Shown here piece by piece: positions 1 through 12,850 of a DNA stretch of 64,000 nucleotides (its first letter is position 1; each line of letters starts with the position of its first letter). Source of the DNA: Octopus bimaculoides (taxonomy: Eukaryota); contig NC_068986.1 of the NCBI RefSeq assembly GCF_001194135.2, positions 51,502,297-51,566,296 on the forward strand, written 5' to 3'. The notes beneath the pieces are model-generated. The model did not search any database and was not told where the DNA came from. It was given only the letters and a program-made list of their open reading frames with translations. Position numbers and translations under genes: made by a program.

Positions 1-736
1 ATTGGGGGAAAAAAGGGTATCAGGCTATAAAATGTTGTCTCAGGAGGTCTTTGTTCAACCCATGCCAGATGGGGTTATTGAACTGTGGTCATGCTGGAGC
101 ATCACCTTGAGAAAAAAGTTGCAGGAAAGTTATTATGAGACTTGAACTTGTACCCCTCAGACACTGGCTGAGTGCTCTAACCATTAAACTAAACAGCCTC
201 TGTACATGTAAGAAACAACATTACAGGACATTAAAAACTCACAAATGATGAGATAAAGTTTATAGGTATTCAAATAACTATGAAAACCAATGAATCAAAT
301 ATTTGGTGATTGTTTTCAACTTCCTCCTCCGGCACCCCAACAAAAAGCAGGAGGAAAAAGAAGCAAAAAACAAAGTAAAGACACAATAGAAATATATTCA
401 AGTAAAGATTGTTGATAAATTATGATAGCTATGATGATACTTTGGAAAAAGAATCAAACAATACAAGTTGAATAATAATGAAGAAATTGATCTAATACTT
501 GAAAATTTACCAGGATTATCATCTTCATTATTATTCATTTAAAGTTTAATTTTTTTTTACTAACCTGCTGGTTTCTTCACAAGGAAAGGTTCATCTAGCC
601 AAATGAAAAAAGTTTCATTCTTTTCATATTCTTCATCATCAAATACCCGTACGCGAAGAAATTTTCTGCAAGAAAGAAGATAGAACATAAGTTATATGAA
701 ATGATCAAAACTTCATTGAAATAAAGAGAAATCTTC

Positions 737-952
737 TTAACCCTTTTGTTACCATACTTCTGTTGAGATACTTTGTTTCTTTCAATTAATTTAAAATATA
801 ACAAAGAATTTAGCAAAATAACTTAGTTATAATTAAGCTAATGTTAGGAACTAAGGTTTGGTGGAAGATTTTAATTCAGAACTTTCAAAAATAAGACATT
901 TGTACTACAGAACCAAAGGCAGTTTCAGCCACATTGGTATTAAAAGGATTAA
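737..952. mobile_element. piggyBac-type MITE (TTAA-flanked), family P1
   Basis: TTAA|CCCTTTTG at left and AAAAGGA|TTAA at right; the interior resembles 41060-41248. Confidence 0.7.
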
Positions 953-1965
953 AAATGTCTCTCTTCAGAGGATAAATAAGAAACCCTTGTACATACTCAG
1001 TCTACTAGATTCCTAATTATGACTGGGGAAGGGATATGCATGGTTTTGAATGTATACAGCATCCTCATTTTGGTTCATAGATAGAGTCACTTGCAATTGA
1101 TTCACAGATAGAGTCACTTGCTGTTCTCTATATCATTACACTCCCTTGAAACCATAGCATAAGATATAAGTCTGAAAGATGTCTAATCACTGAATTATTA
1201 ATGAAAAAGCTAATGCAACACTACATAACAGTAGTGTTGCATAAACTGGTTACTGTCACAATGTACATTGAACTACCATGCTAAATCTTCTAGTCTGGCA
1301 TAAATTTTACACAAAAATAAACATGTAAATTTAGGCTACTTTGGATAATACATGGTCAGAAACCAACAACAATGTCAAAAAACAAATTAGTCATGTAATG
1401 ATATTGCAAGAACAGAATTATTATATGAAAAATTATCTTCAGTTAGTAAATTTTCAATGAATAAATATATCAGCTTCTTGGTTTGCAAACATAATGCTTA
1501 TTAAAGGGGAGTGTGAAAACCAATAAGAAAGAAAAACAAAACTGAATGTAGACAGAAAGAATAAGGAAAATGAGTGAGGAATGAATTTAAATAATAAGCA
1601 GATTAAGAGACTAGTTAGTTAGGGGGAATGTGAAAAGCTTGAAGGGAGTTTTTTTTTTTTGTCTTGTTTTTGAGACAAGAGTAACAGCAAATAATAAACT
1701 ATCCCACCAATCTACCATCTGCTTAGTATGTACAATGATACAACTGCAGGGGTGTGCTATTTCAGGCCTAATGCTGGACTGTTACCTCATTCAGAGGAGA
1801 ATCACATACTTTCTGACATCTAAATGCTACAAGGATTTGGATAAGCTCCAGCCTAACAGACCTGTAAGCTCAAAACAGATTTATACATATACAAGCCTTT
1901 GCATATACATGTATGTATGCATGCATGTATGTATGTATGTATCTATCTGTCTGCCTGTGTGCCTG

Positions 1966-2002
<37 letters not shown>

Positions 2003-2699
2003 GTGTATTTAATTTTATGTATGAAAGTGAATGTGTATTTGTATGAATATATATACACACACACATATATATATATTCATTCATCTATACATGTGTATTT
2101 GTTTAAGTATATGAAAATAAACGTGTAGTTTTTAAAATCATGTATCAACGATAATATTGAGAGATTATGAAAACATCTCCAGGGCATTAATATATTACAA
2201 ACCCACCCCACTCAAAAAAACAACACAAAATACAGATGAAAAACAAAACAAAAAAACCATAACACAAACAGAATCAGTCGTTTCTTTCACAAAAATCTCT
2301 ATAAGAGCTACCTGAAGCAAAATTTATTAAATTATTCATAAACATGCAAAAATCTTAATTTCACTCAGCTGAAGCAAAGAAACCTTTACAAAATACAGGG
2401 TGTGTGTGTACGTGTGTGATTGTATGGAGTAGTTGATATTCTGAGAGTCTGAATTCATAAGAAACTCAACAGTCCTTAAGTTATTCCTTATGAGCATTAG
2501 AAAACCCATGTGCAGAAATAGGGTCTCTGTATTTAGACATTAATCTATACTATCCATATGTAGATCAACCACAAAATTGTGCAATGAATACATACTAATG
2601 TGTGTGTGTGTGTGTGTGTGTATACATATTTATATGCTTCATGGACTCTCCCATCAAAGATGACATAGCAATATTCAGCTTTTGCTGAATGACTAACAC

Positions 2700-2940
2700 A
2701 AATGATTTGTTTATAGCGATCAAACACATGTGCTGTACATTAGCACACTCACTCTATCACATCAATGTTGTCTGAACAGGTGCATGGTGTATCATATGCC
2801 AGGTGTTGAAGTGATTGCAGAGCAATGTACAATGAAGTGTTTTGCTCAAGAACACAACTGACTACCTTGTCTGGGAATTGAAACCACAATCTCGAGATGT
2901 GAGTGCAACACCTTAACCACTAAACCACGTGTCCTCACTA
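2700..2940 (-). mobile_element. tRNA-derived SINE, head/core shared with family C but different tail
   Basis: Contains TGAAGTGTTTTGCTCAAGAACACAAC...GGGAATTGAAACC...CTTAACCACT (reverse complement of a tRNA-like A/B-box head plus CORE-like segment); similar copy at 38620-38820. Confidence 0.7.
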
Positions 2941-3232
2941 TATATTCAGTAGAAGCAATTGGCTGTTACTCTGGAGTTTCTGAGTGTGGCTCATTTCTCA
3001 GATACCACTTGGCTGAAAGCTGGGTCACTGAATTGACAAGGAAGCTATATGAGAATCTAGTCACCCAGGGCAACAACCAACAACCAAGTGATTTCACAAA
3101 ATACACTACCATGCTCTATAATGGTATTGAGACACATATGAGAATGTGCTGAAAGAATTGTAGTGGTTTTAAACAAAGGATCTCATTAATTTCATTTTCT
3201 GTTGTTTATCTATCTATCTACCTATCTGTTAT

Positions 3233-3234
<2 letters not shown>

Positions 3235-3295
<61 letters not shown>
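3235..3295. repeat. (TA)n microsatellite
   Basis: Perfect TA run; similar runs near 16122-16186, 26907-26938, 37068-37098, 54515-54544 and 55872-55911. Confidence 0.95.
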
Positions 3296-3299
<4 letters not shown>

Positions 3300-3958
3300 G
3301 TCGAAAAAATATTAGTCCAAACGCTTTTACTGTAATTCATTTCCAATTTATTAAATAAAAAAAAAAGTGGACCAGAAATATAATAAAATAAAATTAAAAA
3401 AACTAAAACTCAAGTGATAATGATGTGTTATTAAGGAGATTGATGATGGAAACAGGAACATGTAACAAAACCAGTTTTGGAGTTTTTGGACAAGAAAATT
3501 GATGTATTAGCCCCAAAGTACAATGTTGGACAGGACAAGATTAAAAGCAAAATCATTAAAAATGATTAATTGACTTCATCTCAAGAGGATTAACGTGATC
3601 GTACAGGTTATTGTATGTGAATGGCACGAGTAATCATTTAGTTTGTTAACAATGCTCAGTTCTATATGAGAGAGAGAGAAAGAAAGAGGGAGGGAGAAAA
3701 CCTAAGTGTGTATATATTTATATGTGATTCATTGTTAACAAATTATCATTTTTTTTTTAATGTTTGCATGGATTGTTTCAGCCTTCTTCTTCAGAATGGT
3801 GTCTTTTCACATGTTGCAGCCATTGTCATTATTTCATGAGATTCAACCTTCTGATATCAACTTTCACAGCTTCTCATACAATTCTTGGTCTTCCTCTTCC
3901 ATAGTTCTCCCCCCGCCACAGATTTGTAATTTCTTGGACTGTCTTTTTTACTCTATAT

Positions 3959-4268
3959 CAGGGGTTCTCAACTGGGGTCCATATAAGACTTTGGGAAGTC
4001 TACAGATGTAATATAGTAAAGCGGAGGGTCCACAGTAATTTTTCAGGGTCCATGAAAAAATTGTGCTTCAGACCAGTAAAGTTTATGCACAAATTCTTTA
4101 TACGTCTATAATACACAAAATATTTTACCATCTTTTATACAAGTCCTAATAATGTTTAATTATAAAAATACAATTGGATATTTTAAACATCGAAAGGCTA
4201 TGGTGGTCCACCCAAATAGAATAGAAATCAAAGGGGTCACTAGGTAAAAAAATGGTTGAGAACCCTTG
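3959..4268. mobile_element. hAT (Charlie-like) MITE
   Basis: TIRs CAGGGGTTCTCAAC / GTTGAGAACCCTTG; 8-bp TSD CTCTATAT (3951-3958) vs CTCTATAA (4269-4276). Confidence 0.85.
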
Positions 4269-6606
4269 CTCTATAACATGTCAATACAAGAAGAGTCTTC
4301 TCACTTGTATAATGATTCCCAATCATCTCTTACCCCAGTCTTTCTCTTAAATAACTTAGACTCTGTCATTCATGCAAACTTACATTACACATTGAGCAGA
4401 GCATAATTGCCTCATTTCTTTCCAGCTTTCACACAGCCTTTTCATTCAATACCCATGTTTTGCTACAATGTGACATTGGACTCATGCAGATGTACACATA
4501 TATACACACATATATACATGTAGAAACATTCTTATGCAGAAAAATACATATTTATGTAATAGTAATTATTAGGGACAGAATCAGTATTAGTATCAAAAAG
4601 CAATCTTTACATCCAACTTAACATGGATGTCTGGTTAGAACACTGAATTCTGCAGCATTTGTTTTGAGAGGTTTTCTCATTTACACGCATGGTGTATAGA
4701 AGCACAGACATATATCATAGCAGAAAAGAAAAATTCTATATATTGTGGTGGTGAGATTTGGCTGGCATGCAGTCATCAGATGCCTGCCACTGAAAATGTG
4801 CAGTATGCTGAAATCACATGATCTAGCAGTTACAGTACTCATACCAGATGATCTCCACCTACTATAATATATGTCTATGCTTTTATGCACCACGCATGTA
4901 TGAAAGGACCCCTCAAGGTGAATAGTGCAATATTCAGCATTCTAACAAGACATTCATTCATGTTAAGCTGGACATAACGATTGCCTTTTACATATTTATA
5001 TAGTTATTTTATATCACAATGTGTGAAAGTAGTGTCACTGATTACATGGCTTTTGTAACATGCCTACCTTTGATATTAATGCATCTTACAGAAACACACT
5101 TTACAATTATTGGTTTAACTTTAAAACAAGTATCAGTGATATATACAGGATATAATTTCAACTAACTACATTCCAACTATAAATGCTCATAAGAGAGTCC
5201 ATTAATATCATAACTGCCATCCGATATTTCCATTTCATACAAATTCCTAAATCTGAAATCTTGAGCCAATTAAAAAATAAAATCTGCTGAAGATGAAGCA
5301 AGAAATGCAATTTGTATCAGAATACCTTTTCCAAATTACTGCAGTGTTGACCTACATTTAAAACCTAAGAAAAAGGTTGATTCAGAATTACAATCCTCTT
5401 ATTTCAGGTCTCATTCTGTCTTTCTTTTTTTTTTTTTCAATATAGATTCGCTTCTTGCGAGTGGAACTCAGGTATTGGGTTGGCATGAGAGAGAATAAAT
5501 GATAGAGCTTTTGCTATATGATTATGTACAAAGAGATTTGAAAAAATAGAGGAGGATCTTATGACAGAAATTACATGGCAGTGGATAAATGATATTGGGA
5601 GGAGTGAGTGAGTGAGAGCGAGGTGGGGATTAGGGATTGCATGAATTGAAAATATTGTTTATTTATTTCCTTGCTTCAATCTTTGTTTCCCATTACTATT
5701 AATGTCCATATTCTGAACAACTCAAGGAAGAAAGACATATACACATACATACAGACAGACAGATAGACAGACAGATAATAGAAGCAGCCTGTATATGAGC
5801 ATGTATACATTTATATGTGTATATGTGACTTTTCTTAGAGCTAAGTATAAATTATCTGTCAGCTAAGGATGATGATAACTGTTTAAAAATCCTTCAAAAA
5901 TTGCCTAGCATATCATTAAAAGTTGGAACCGAAAGTTAAAAAAGACAAAACAAAGAAAATGAAAAGATATACATTTGTACAAGTTATATGATAGTTAAAG
6001 CTACAGATGTCCTCCAGTTTAATGGATGCTTATGCAAATAGTCTTTAATTAAACTAGTCATAACTTTAAAAAAAATATACATTTCAGTGATTAACAAAAG
6101 AACGATACAAAACAAAATTAACAATCTAATAGCTGAAGTCTGTAATTAATGCAAAAAAAAGACAAAAACAAAAAAAAAAAAACCAACGACAAAGACTGAA
6201 TATATTTTCTGCATCTTGCATGCTAGGAATTTAACTTAAATCAATCATATACTAAATAAACATGAAATATATATATATATATANNNNNNNNNNNNNNNNN
6301 NNNNNNNNNNNNNNNNNNNNNNNNNNNNNNNNNNNNNNNNNNNNNNNNNNNNNNNNNNNNNNNNNNNNNNNNNNNNNNNNNNNNNNNNNNNNTATATATA
6401 TGTGTTATTGAGCAGCCACTCTTTAAATATTTATATTATTTTTTTATTTCTATTTTCCTCTTTCTTCATGTAACATAATTCAGTTAATTAGAAATATTGT
6501 TAAAAACAACCAGTTAGCAGAGTTATACGTCAGGAGCTATGACATGTTAGCAAAGTAATTCTATACAATTTCAAAAATTGCTCATTAGCTCACAGAATAA
6601 TTTTAT

Positions 6607-6780
6607 AAATGATGATGGTGATGATGATGATGACGATAATATTAACAATGACAACATTGATGGTGAAAACAATGATGAAGGTAGTAATCGCAGTGATGAT
6701 GAAGATGATTATAATGGTCATAGGAATAATGATAATGGTGATAGTAATGAGGATATTGATGATGATAATGATAACAACAA
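6607..6780. repeat. Degenerate (GAT/AAT)n trinucleotide low-complexity tract
   Basis: Triplet-periodic RAT repeats; produces the D/N-rich and M-rich ORFs in the track. Confidence 0.8.
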
Positions 6781-7349
6781 AATTGTTGGGGTTTTTTTTT
6801 TATTTCCCAATCTTTTCATTACAATAGACTAATTGCAGATAGCAAAAGACGAACGTTTTTCAATTTGATAGGGAAAATAATTTTGATAATTTGTACAGCT
6901 ATGTTGATAAAAGGACTATGGAGTACAACAGTTCTTGAATAGGAAGAAAAACAGGGGTTAATTCTAATAGAACTTACTTTATTGAATATTAGGATGCTAC
7001 AGTTAGCTTTCATTTGCTTCATAATAATGATTATTTGAAAAACAAAATTGATAAAATAAAGTTTGTTGCTGCTCAGAAGGTACTGCAAGAAGAGTGTGAC
7101 TAATGAAAGGTAAAAAGTATTTGAGAAAAATATGAGAAAATGTATTCTTTGGGGAGTGTATTTGAAACATTTATCTGATTATAAAAGAGCCTTAGACAGT
7201 AGAAATTATATATTGTGTGTGTGCGTGTGTATGTGTATAAATTATAATATTGTGAGTGCTTGTCACCCTCCACTGCATGACAACCAGTGCTGGTTTGTTT
7301 ATGTGCCCATGACTTAACAGTTTGACATAAGAGATCAATAGAATAAGTA

Positions 7350-7692
7350 AAGGGTAAAGACCCCCTTCGGTCATGAATGATTATGGGATTGCACATAGAA
7401 AGTTACCCTCTGAGGTAAAAGTCCGGGCAAGGTTGTTTATAGAAGACTAGCAATTGCACACACGTACCAGCCTCTCCTCTCCCGCCACTGCCGTTGTCCG
7501 AAGGAAAGGCAAAGGCTGATACAGCTTGGTACCAGAGACATCACAACTCATTTCTACAGCTGAGTGAACTGGAGTGATGTGAAATAAAGTGTCTTGCTCA
7601 AGAACACAACACACTGCCCAGTCTGGGAATCAAATCCACTACCTCATGATTGCGAACCTGATGCTCTAACCACTAGGCCATTCAACTTCACG
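7350..7692 (-). mobile_element. tRNA-derived SINE family C, full length, nested in an older family-AB SINE tail
   Basis: Reverse complement gives tRNA-like head, TGTTCTTGAGCAAGACAC core and a tail ending TTTACCCTT; 12-bp TSD ATAGAATAAGTA at 7338-7349 and 7693-7704. Confidence 0.85.
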
Positions 7693-9354
7693 ATAGAATA
7701 AGTACCAGGTTTAAAAAGAAAGGGTTGATTCATTCAACTAAAACCCTTCAATATGGTATCCCAGCATGGCTGCAATCCAATGATTGAAACCAGTAAAAGA
7801 CAAATGATAGTAGCTATTGATATCTATTACAAAAATGAAGAGGTAACCAAAAATAAAGAAAGAAAAATATCAGCAAACAGCTGTGCATTGCTAAAAGATA
7901 TTTGGGAGGAGGATGCTAGCCAGGTAGTGGGGTGACACAGTTCTGTAATATTACAGCGGATAGAGCTCCTTGAGAATTTTTATGTAATATTTCTAATAAA
8001 ATGCAACCTATAATGTTTCAAAATTGTTATTTTGGCAGCAATCTACCTGTATGTACCAAACACTTTATGTAATATTTCTCACTTTTCTCATCAGAAATAT
8101 TAAACATGGTTCTAAATATAGAGATGTTTGCAGAGATTGCTATCTAAAGCCAGTTGGATTATCTGCTGAAATAAGCAATGGATATGAAAGGATTTAAAAC
8201 CAAACAGTATGAGCCAGTAGTATTCTAGTGTCCTAGCCAGTTAACCAGGTTGGTACTAATATAAGAAATAAAGAAACTCTTTCTTGAAACATATAAATAG
8301 ATATTTAGATAAGTTCAAACACATGGGTTTATGCAACCATGGGGACTGGAGTGTTACAAAAACAAGACTGTTTTCATAAACTCTGATGTAGCAGGGAATG
8401 TAGAATCTTGCTCTTCATGGCTAAGAGAAGAATAAGTGTTCTGAGGAAAGATAATTAGATTACAGATTTAGAACTGTTAAGGCACCTCTGTTGGCAAAGG
8501 AACTGACGTAACAACAGCAAAAGCAATGCGAGCGCTGTTGCTGTTTTTATCAAGTGAAGTGGAATTTATATAGAAATCTGACCACCCTCTTATGTCTCAA
8601 GTACTTGGCATTGGATGGACATCAGGAAAAAAAGAAATCTTCATCTATGCTACAAATAAAAAGACCAAACTTTTTCATGTGCACAATGTTGTTTGTCAAT
8701 ATTTTTATCTAGAAGAAGCTGAACAAAAAGTATAAAACCTATAAGGTTTCAGAAGTTGTTATTTTTGTAGCAATCTACCTGCATGCACCAGAACATTTTA
8801 TACTAAAGAATACGAGTGATAGTTAAAAGGATACTAATTATATTCTGGTACGGAGTCAAGATGAATGCAAGGAAAACTGTTAGTGAGGAAAACTGTTAGT
8901 CTACTTGCAATTTACCCCACAAGGCAAACGGGATATTAAACCTTACTTCATACCCATAACTCATAGCTAAAAAGAGTCACTGTACTAGTGATGCTTCTAT
9001 ATAGCACAGCAGTTTGGTAGGAAGCCAACTCCTTCAAACAGTGCTACAGATTTCTAATAATAATGTTACAGATTACTTATACTCTGAAATATCTCTGGTA
9101 ATTAGTCCCAGCGAGGAAAATATTTCCAATGTACATGCAAGTTTTAAATTCTTTTCTTTTTCTTTTCACTAAACCAGCTAATTAAGCCATAGAAGGTGAC
9201 ACATTAAAAAAAGAGTATTAAAAGTGATAAAAATTTTCATACTATCCTAATATATAACAAGGTATTTACATAATCAGGTAGCTGGACTCAGACATTATGG
9301 TGTATAAAGTAAGAGGTAATGCAAATAAAGATATATAATAACAATAATAATAAT

Positions 9355-10208
9355 ATTAGGGTGGCAAGCTGGCAGAATCATTTACATGCCAGGCAAAATG
9401 CTTAGTGGTGTTTCGCCCGTCTTTACCTTCTGAGTTCAAATTCTGCTGAGGTTGACTTTGCCTTTCATCCTTTCAGGGTTGATGAAATAAATACCTATCA
9501 AATACTGGGGCCAATATAATCGACTTGCCCCCTCCCCTCAAATTTCAGGCATTGTGACTATAGTAAAAAGGATTCTTCTTCTTCTTCTCATTATTATTAT
9601 TACTTAATAATAGTAATAATAAGGTGACAAGCTGGCAAAATCATTAGCATGCCAACCAAATTGTTCATTGACATTTTAGTCATCTTTATGTTCCGATTTC
9701 AAACACTGCTGAGGTCGAATTTGCCTTTCATCCTTTCAAGGTCGAGAAAATAAGTACAAGTTGAACACTGGGGGTTGATGTAATCAACTTACTCCACACA
9801 TAAAATTGCTAACCTTGCACCAAGATTTGAAACCATTATTACTACTACTGAAATTATTATTGTTGCTGTTATTAAGGTTGTTAGCAGGTAGAATTGTTTC
9901 TGTGTCAGAAAAATTGCTTAGCGGCATTTCTTCTGACTGTTTACAGTGTTTGTTCAAATGCCACCAAGTTCAGCTTTGCATTCCACCCTTTTGGGGTCAA
10001 TGAAGTAAAGTACCAGTCAAGTACTGAAGTTGATATAGGAGTGGCTGTGTGGTAAGTAGCTGGCTTACAAACCACATGGTTCCGGGTTCATTCCCACTGC
10101 GTGACACCTTGGGCAAGTGTCTTCTACTATAGCCTCGGGCCGACCAAAGCCTTGTGAGTGGATTTGGTAGACGGAAACTGAAAGAAGCCCGTCGTATATA
10201 TGTATGTG

Positions 10209-10241
<33 letters not shown>

Positions 10242-10490
10242 TTGTGTGTATGTTTATGTGTTTGTCCCCCCCAACATCGTTTGACAACCGATGCTGGTGT
10301 GTTTACGTCCCTGTAACTTAGCGGTTCGGCAACAGAGACCGATAGAATAAGTACTAGGCTTACAAAGAATAAGTCCTGGGGTCAATCCAGCATGGCCACA
10401 GTCAAATGACTACAACAAGTAAAAGAGTAACTAATATCTCCTGCAAAAATATTGCTGGTCCTGTGCAAAAATTTGAAACATTATTGTTGT
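9355..10490 (+). mobile_element. Three head-to-tail copies of SINE family E; the third is interrupted by an AB SINE
   Basis: Repeated GGTGGCAAGCTGGCAGAAT...GCCTTTCATCCTTTCRRGGTYGA...AAGTACCAGT...(TTA)n units at about 9355, 9621 and 9870. Confidence 0.8.
10037..10430 (+). mobile_element. tRNA/CORE-like SINE family AB, full length, with internal (TA)/(TG) microsatellite
   Basis: A-box-like TGGCTGTGTGG, B-box-like GGTTCATTCCC, CORE-like ACCTTGGGCAAGTGTC, tail ending ACAAGTAAAAGAG. Confidence 0.85.
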
Positions 10491-10734
10491 TTTTATTTTC
10501 ATCAGATACAGGCATATCTTCACAATTCTGTAATTTCAGGTTGGATACTAGAGTATAATGCCTTGACCAAATTTTTCCTATTTTAAGTTAACTCTGATAG
10601 ATCAAAAATATGCAAACATTCATAATATGCATCTGTGAACCTATCTTTAAAAAAACACTTCTAAAAGTCAGTGTTGAGTATGCTACCTCTGTTTATGTTT
10701 CATACTTAAGCAATTCAATAGATCTGTCAAATCA

Positions 10735-11105
10735 TCATCATCATTTAACATCTGTTTTCCATGCTGGCATAGGTTGAACAGTTTGACAGGAGTTGGCCAG
10801 CTGAAGAGCTGCCTAGGCTCCATATCTATTTAGGTATGGTTTCTACAGCTGGATGCCCTTCCTAATGCCAACTAGTTTACAGTGTATTGGGTGCTTCCAC
10901 ACAATGCTGACATAGGTGCTTTTATGTGGCACTGGCATAGGTGCTTTTTATATGTCACCAGCATCCACAAGCCTGCAAGGTTAAGATCGCTTAGCTGAAG
11001 AGGGATGAGAGGTGTTGGGGACATGCCTATATACAAGGACAACCGCAATTTTACTTGATGTGTCTTCTCAAGCACAACAAACCACCAGAGATCTTGGTCC
11101 TTCAA
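10735..11105 (-). mobile_element. RTE LINE 3' end (ORF2 C-terminus plus 3' UTR with (GAT)n tail), 5'-truncated
   Basis: Minus frame reads KDQDLWWFVVLEKTHQVK, an RTE-like C-terminus; same terminal sequence as the RT-bearing copy at 22289. Confidence 0.75.
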
Positions 11106-12269
11106 ATAGAGATCAATAATGAGTACAAGGCTAAAATGAGTACCCAAATCAATATAATTAGCTAAAAACTTTGATGAACAAGCATGAATAAAATCAAATG
11201 ACTGAAACCAGTAAAGGAAAGTAAAATGTTTAAAGAATTAGTGGCATGATTATGTTGCTGAAACTTGGGTCTTTGGATTGGCTAGACATCATCCAGATAA
11301 TATCATCTCTTAATTTTCCCAACATCTACCTTAGTTTGCTTGTTATTTATCTGTCTTTTTTTCCCTTTTTCTGATCATCTATTAGTAAGTTCATTTTGAT
11401 TTCTTTCACAAGACATTAACAGAGTGAAAACATCCAATCAGCTAATGTAAATAATTACAAAAGTATTTCTATGCCCAAGTTTATTCCACAGACATCAGAA
11501 TATCAGATTAAATAGTGGATTCCAATCAAAACTTAACTTATTGATGAGTTAAAACAAGAACTGACAGCCGCACTTTCAATGGGTTTAACAATCTGACAAT
11601 TACCTTAAGATGAAGAAAGAACAGACTTCAACAAGCATGAGTCAAAGAGACAACATTTCCATTAAATTAATTTTGGTAATGAATCTTCCACAGACTGAAA
11701 CACTGATTATTTACTTCAATATTTAAAACTGTATCTAATGTCATCTTTGTGAATTAATGTGTAATTATCACAATACATTTGTATGAAATGCATAGAGATA
11801 TATCAAAATTTTTTTTTTATATCTAATAACTCAAATATTAAACTGACAGCATGGCTGGTCCATACAGTTGAAGTATTAGATTGATGTCCAATGAATTAGA
11901 AATATGATGAGAGCACTTCAATTTATCCAAAATATAGATAAACATATGGTGTGCTAAGCTGATTGAGTGATAACAAGGTTCAGAACTGGAACATGTTACC
12001 CTTGACTGAAATAGCTACAAATCGATTTATTAATCAACTAGAGTTCAATGCAATACCACTTGTCAATAGTGAAACAACAAGCTAGTATCTACACTAGAAA
12101 TAGCAACAAAATCTCTCTCAAATGTCATCCTGAAATATCTTTTAAAAAGATAAAAAGCAACATAAATTTATAAAAATGTTCATTCCCCAGTATCAAGGGT
12201 GATTTATATAACAATAGTTAAACTGCCGAATACATGGAAAACATTCAGAATTAATAATCATTTATCTTG

Positions 12270-12580
12270 TACTTGTTTCAGTCATTTGGCTGCAGCCATA
12301 CTGGGGCACTGCCTTGAAGGGTTTTAGTCAAACAAATCGACCTCAGGACTTTTTTTTTTCAAGTCTAAGTACTTATTCTATCAGTCTATTTTGCAGAATT
12401 GCTAAGTTACAGGGATGTAAACACACCTTTTGAACTACAGGTACTACCCATTTTTGTCAGCAGAGTGAACTGGAGTAATGTGAAATAAAGCATCTTGCTC
12501 AAGGACACAACACACCACTAGGAATTGAACTCACTGTCGTGAGCCAAATACCCTAACCACTGAGCCAGTGCCTTCACAAA
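12270..12580 (-). mobile_element. AB SINE tail fragment followed by a C-type SINE head/core fragment
   Basis: TACTTGTTTCAGTCATT...GGGATGTAAACACACC, then GTGAACTGGAG...CTTGCTCAAGGACACAAC...CTAACCACTGAGCCA. Confidence 0.7.
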
Positions 12581-12850
12581 TGTAATGTAAAATGCATTAC
12601 ATGTTTTACACATTGTAAAATGCATTCTGGAAGAACACAAAATTCATACTTCTTACAAACTGTAAACTGTTTTTACAGAGTAACAAAGTATTTCATACTT
12701 CCGGCATATTATCTTTTTTTAACAGAAATCATTTCATACTCTCTTACTCATTGTAAGTTGTTTTTATGGAGTAACATATAATTTCATATTTCCAACACAT
12801 TGTAAAATGTTTTTGTTGGGTAACAACAACTTTCATTCTGTAAAACATTC
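12580..12850. repeat. Cryptic, degenerate minisatellite of about 47-49 bp
   Basis: Units such as CATTGTAAAATG...GTAACA...TTTCATACTTCC start near 12611, 12658, 12749 and 12798. Confidence 0.65.

Noticed and set aside
6578-6832. Asp/Asn-rich acidic protein ORF
   Set aside because: Explained by a decayed RAT triplet repeat; no ATG start and no convincing splice sites.
10037-10110. tRNA gene-like sequence (A/B boxes)
   Set aside because: It is a SINE head continuing into core and tail in many copies; no complete cloverleaf.
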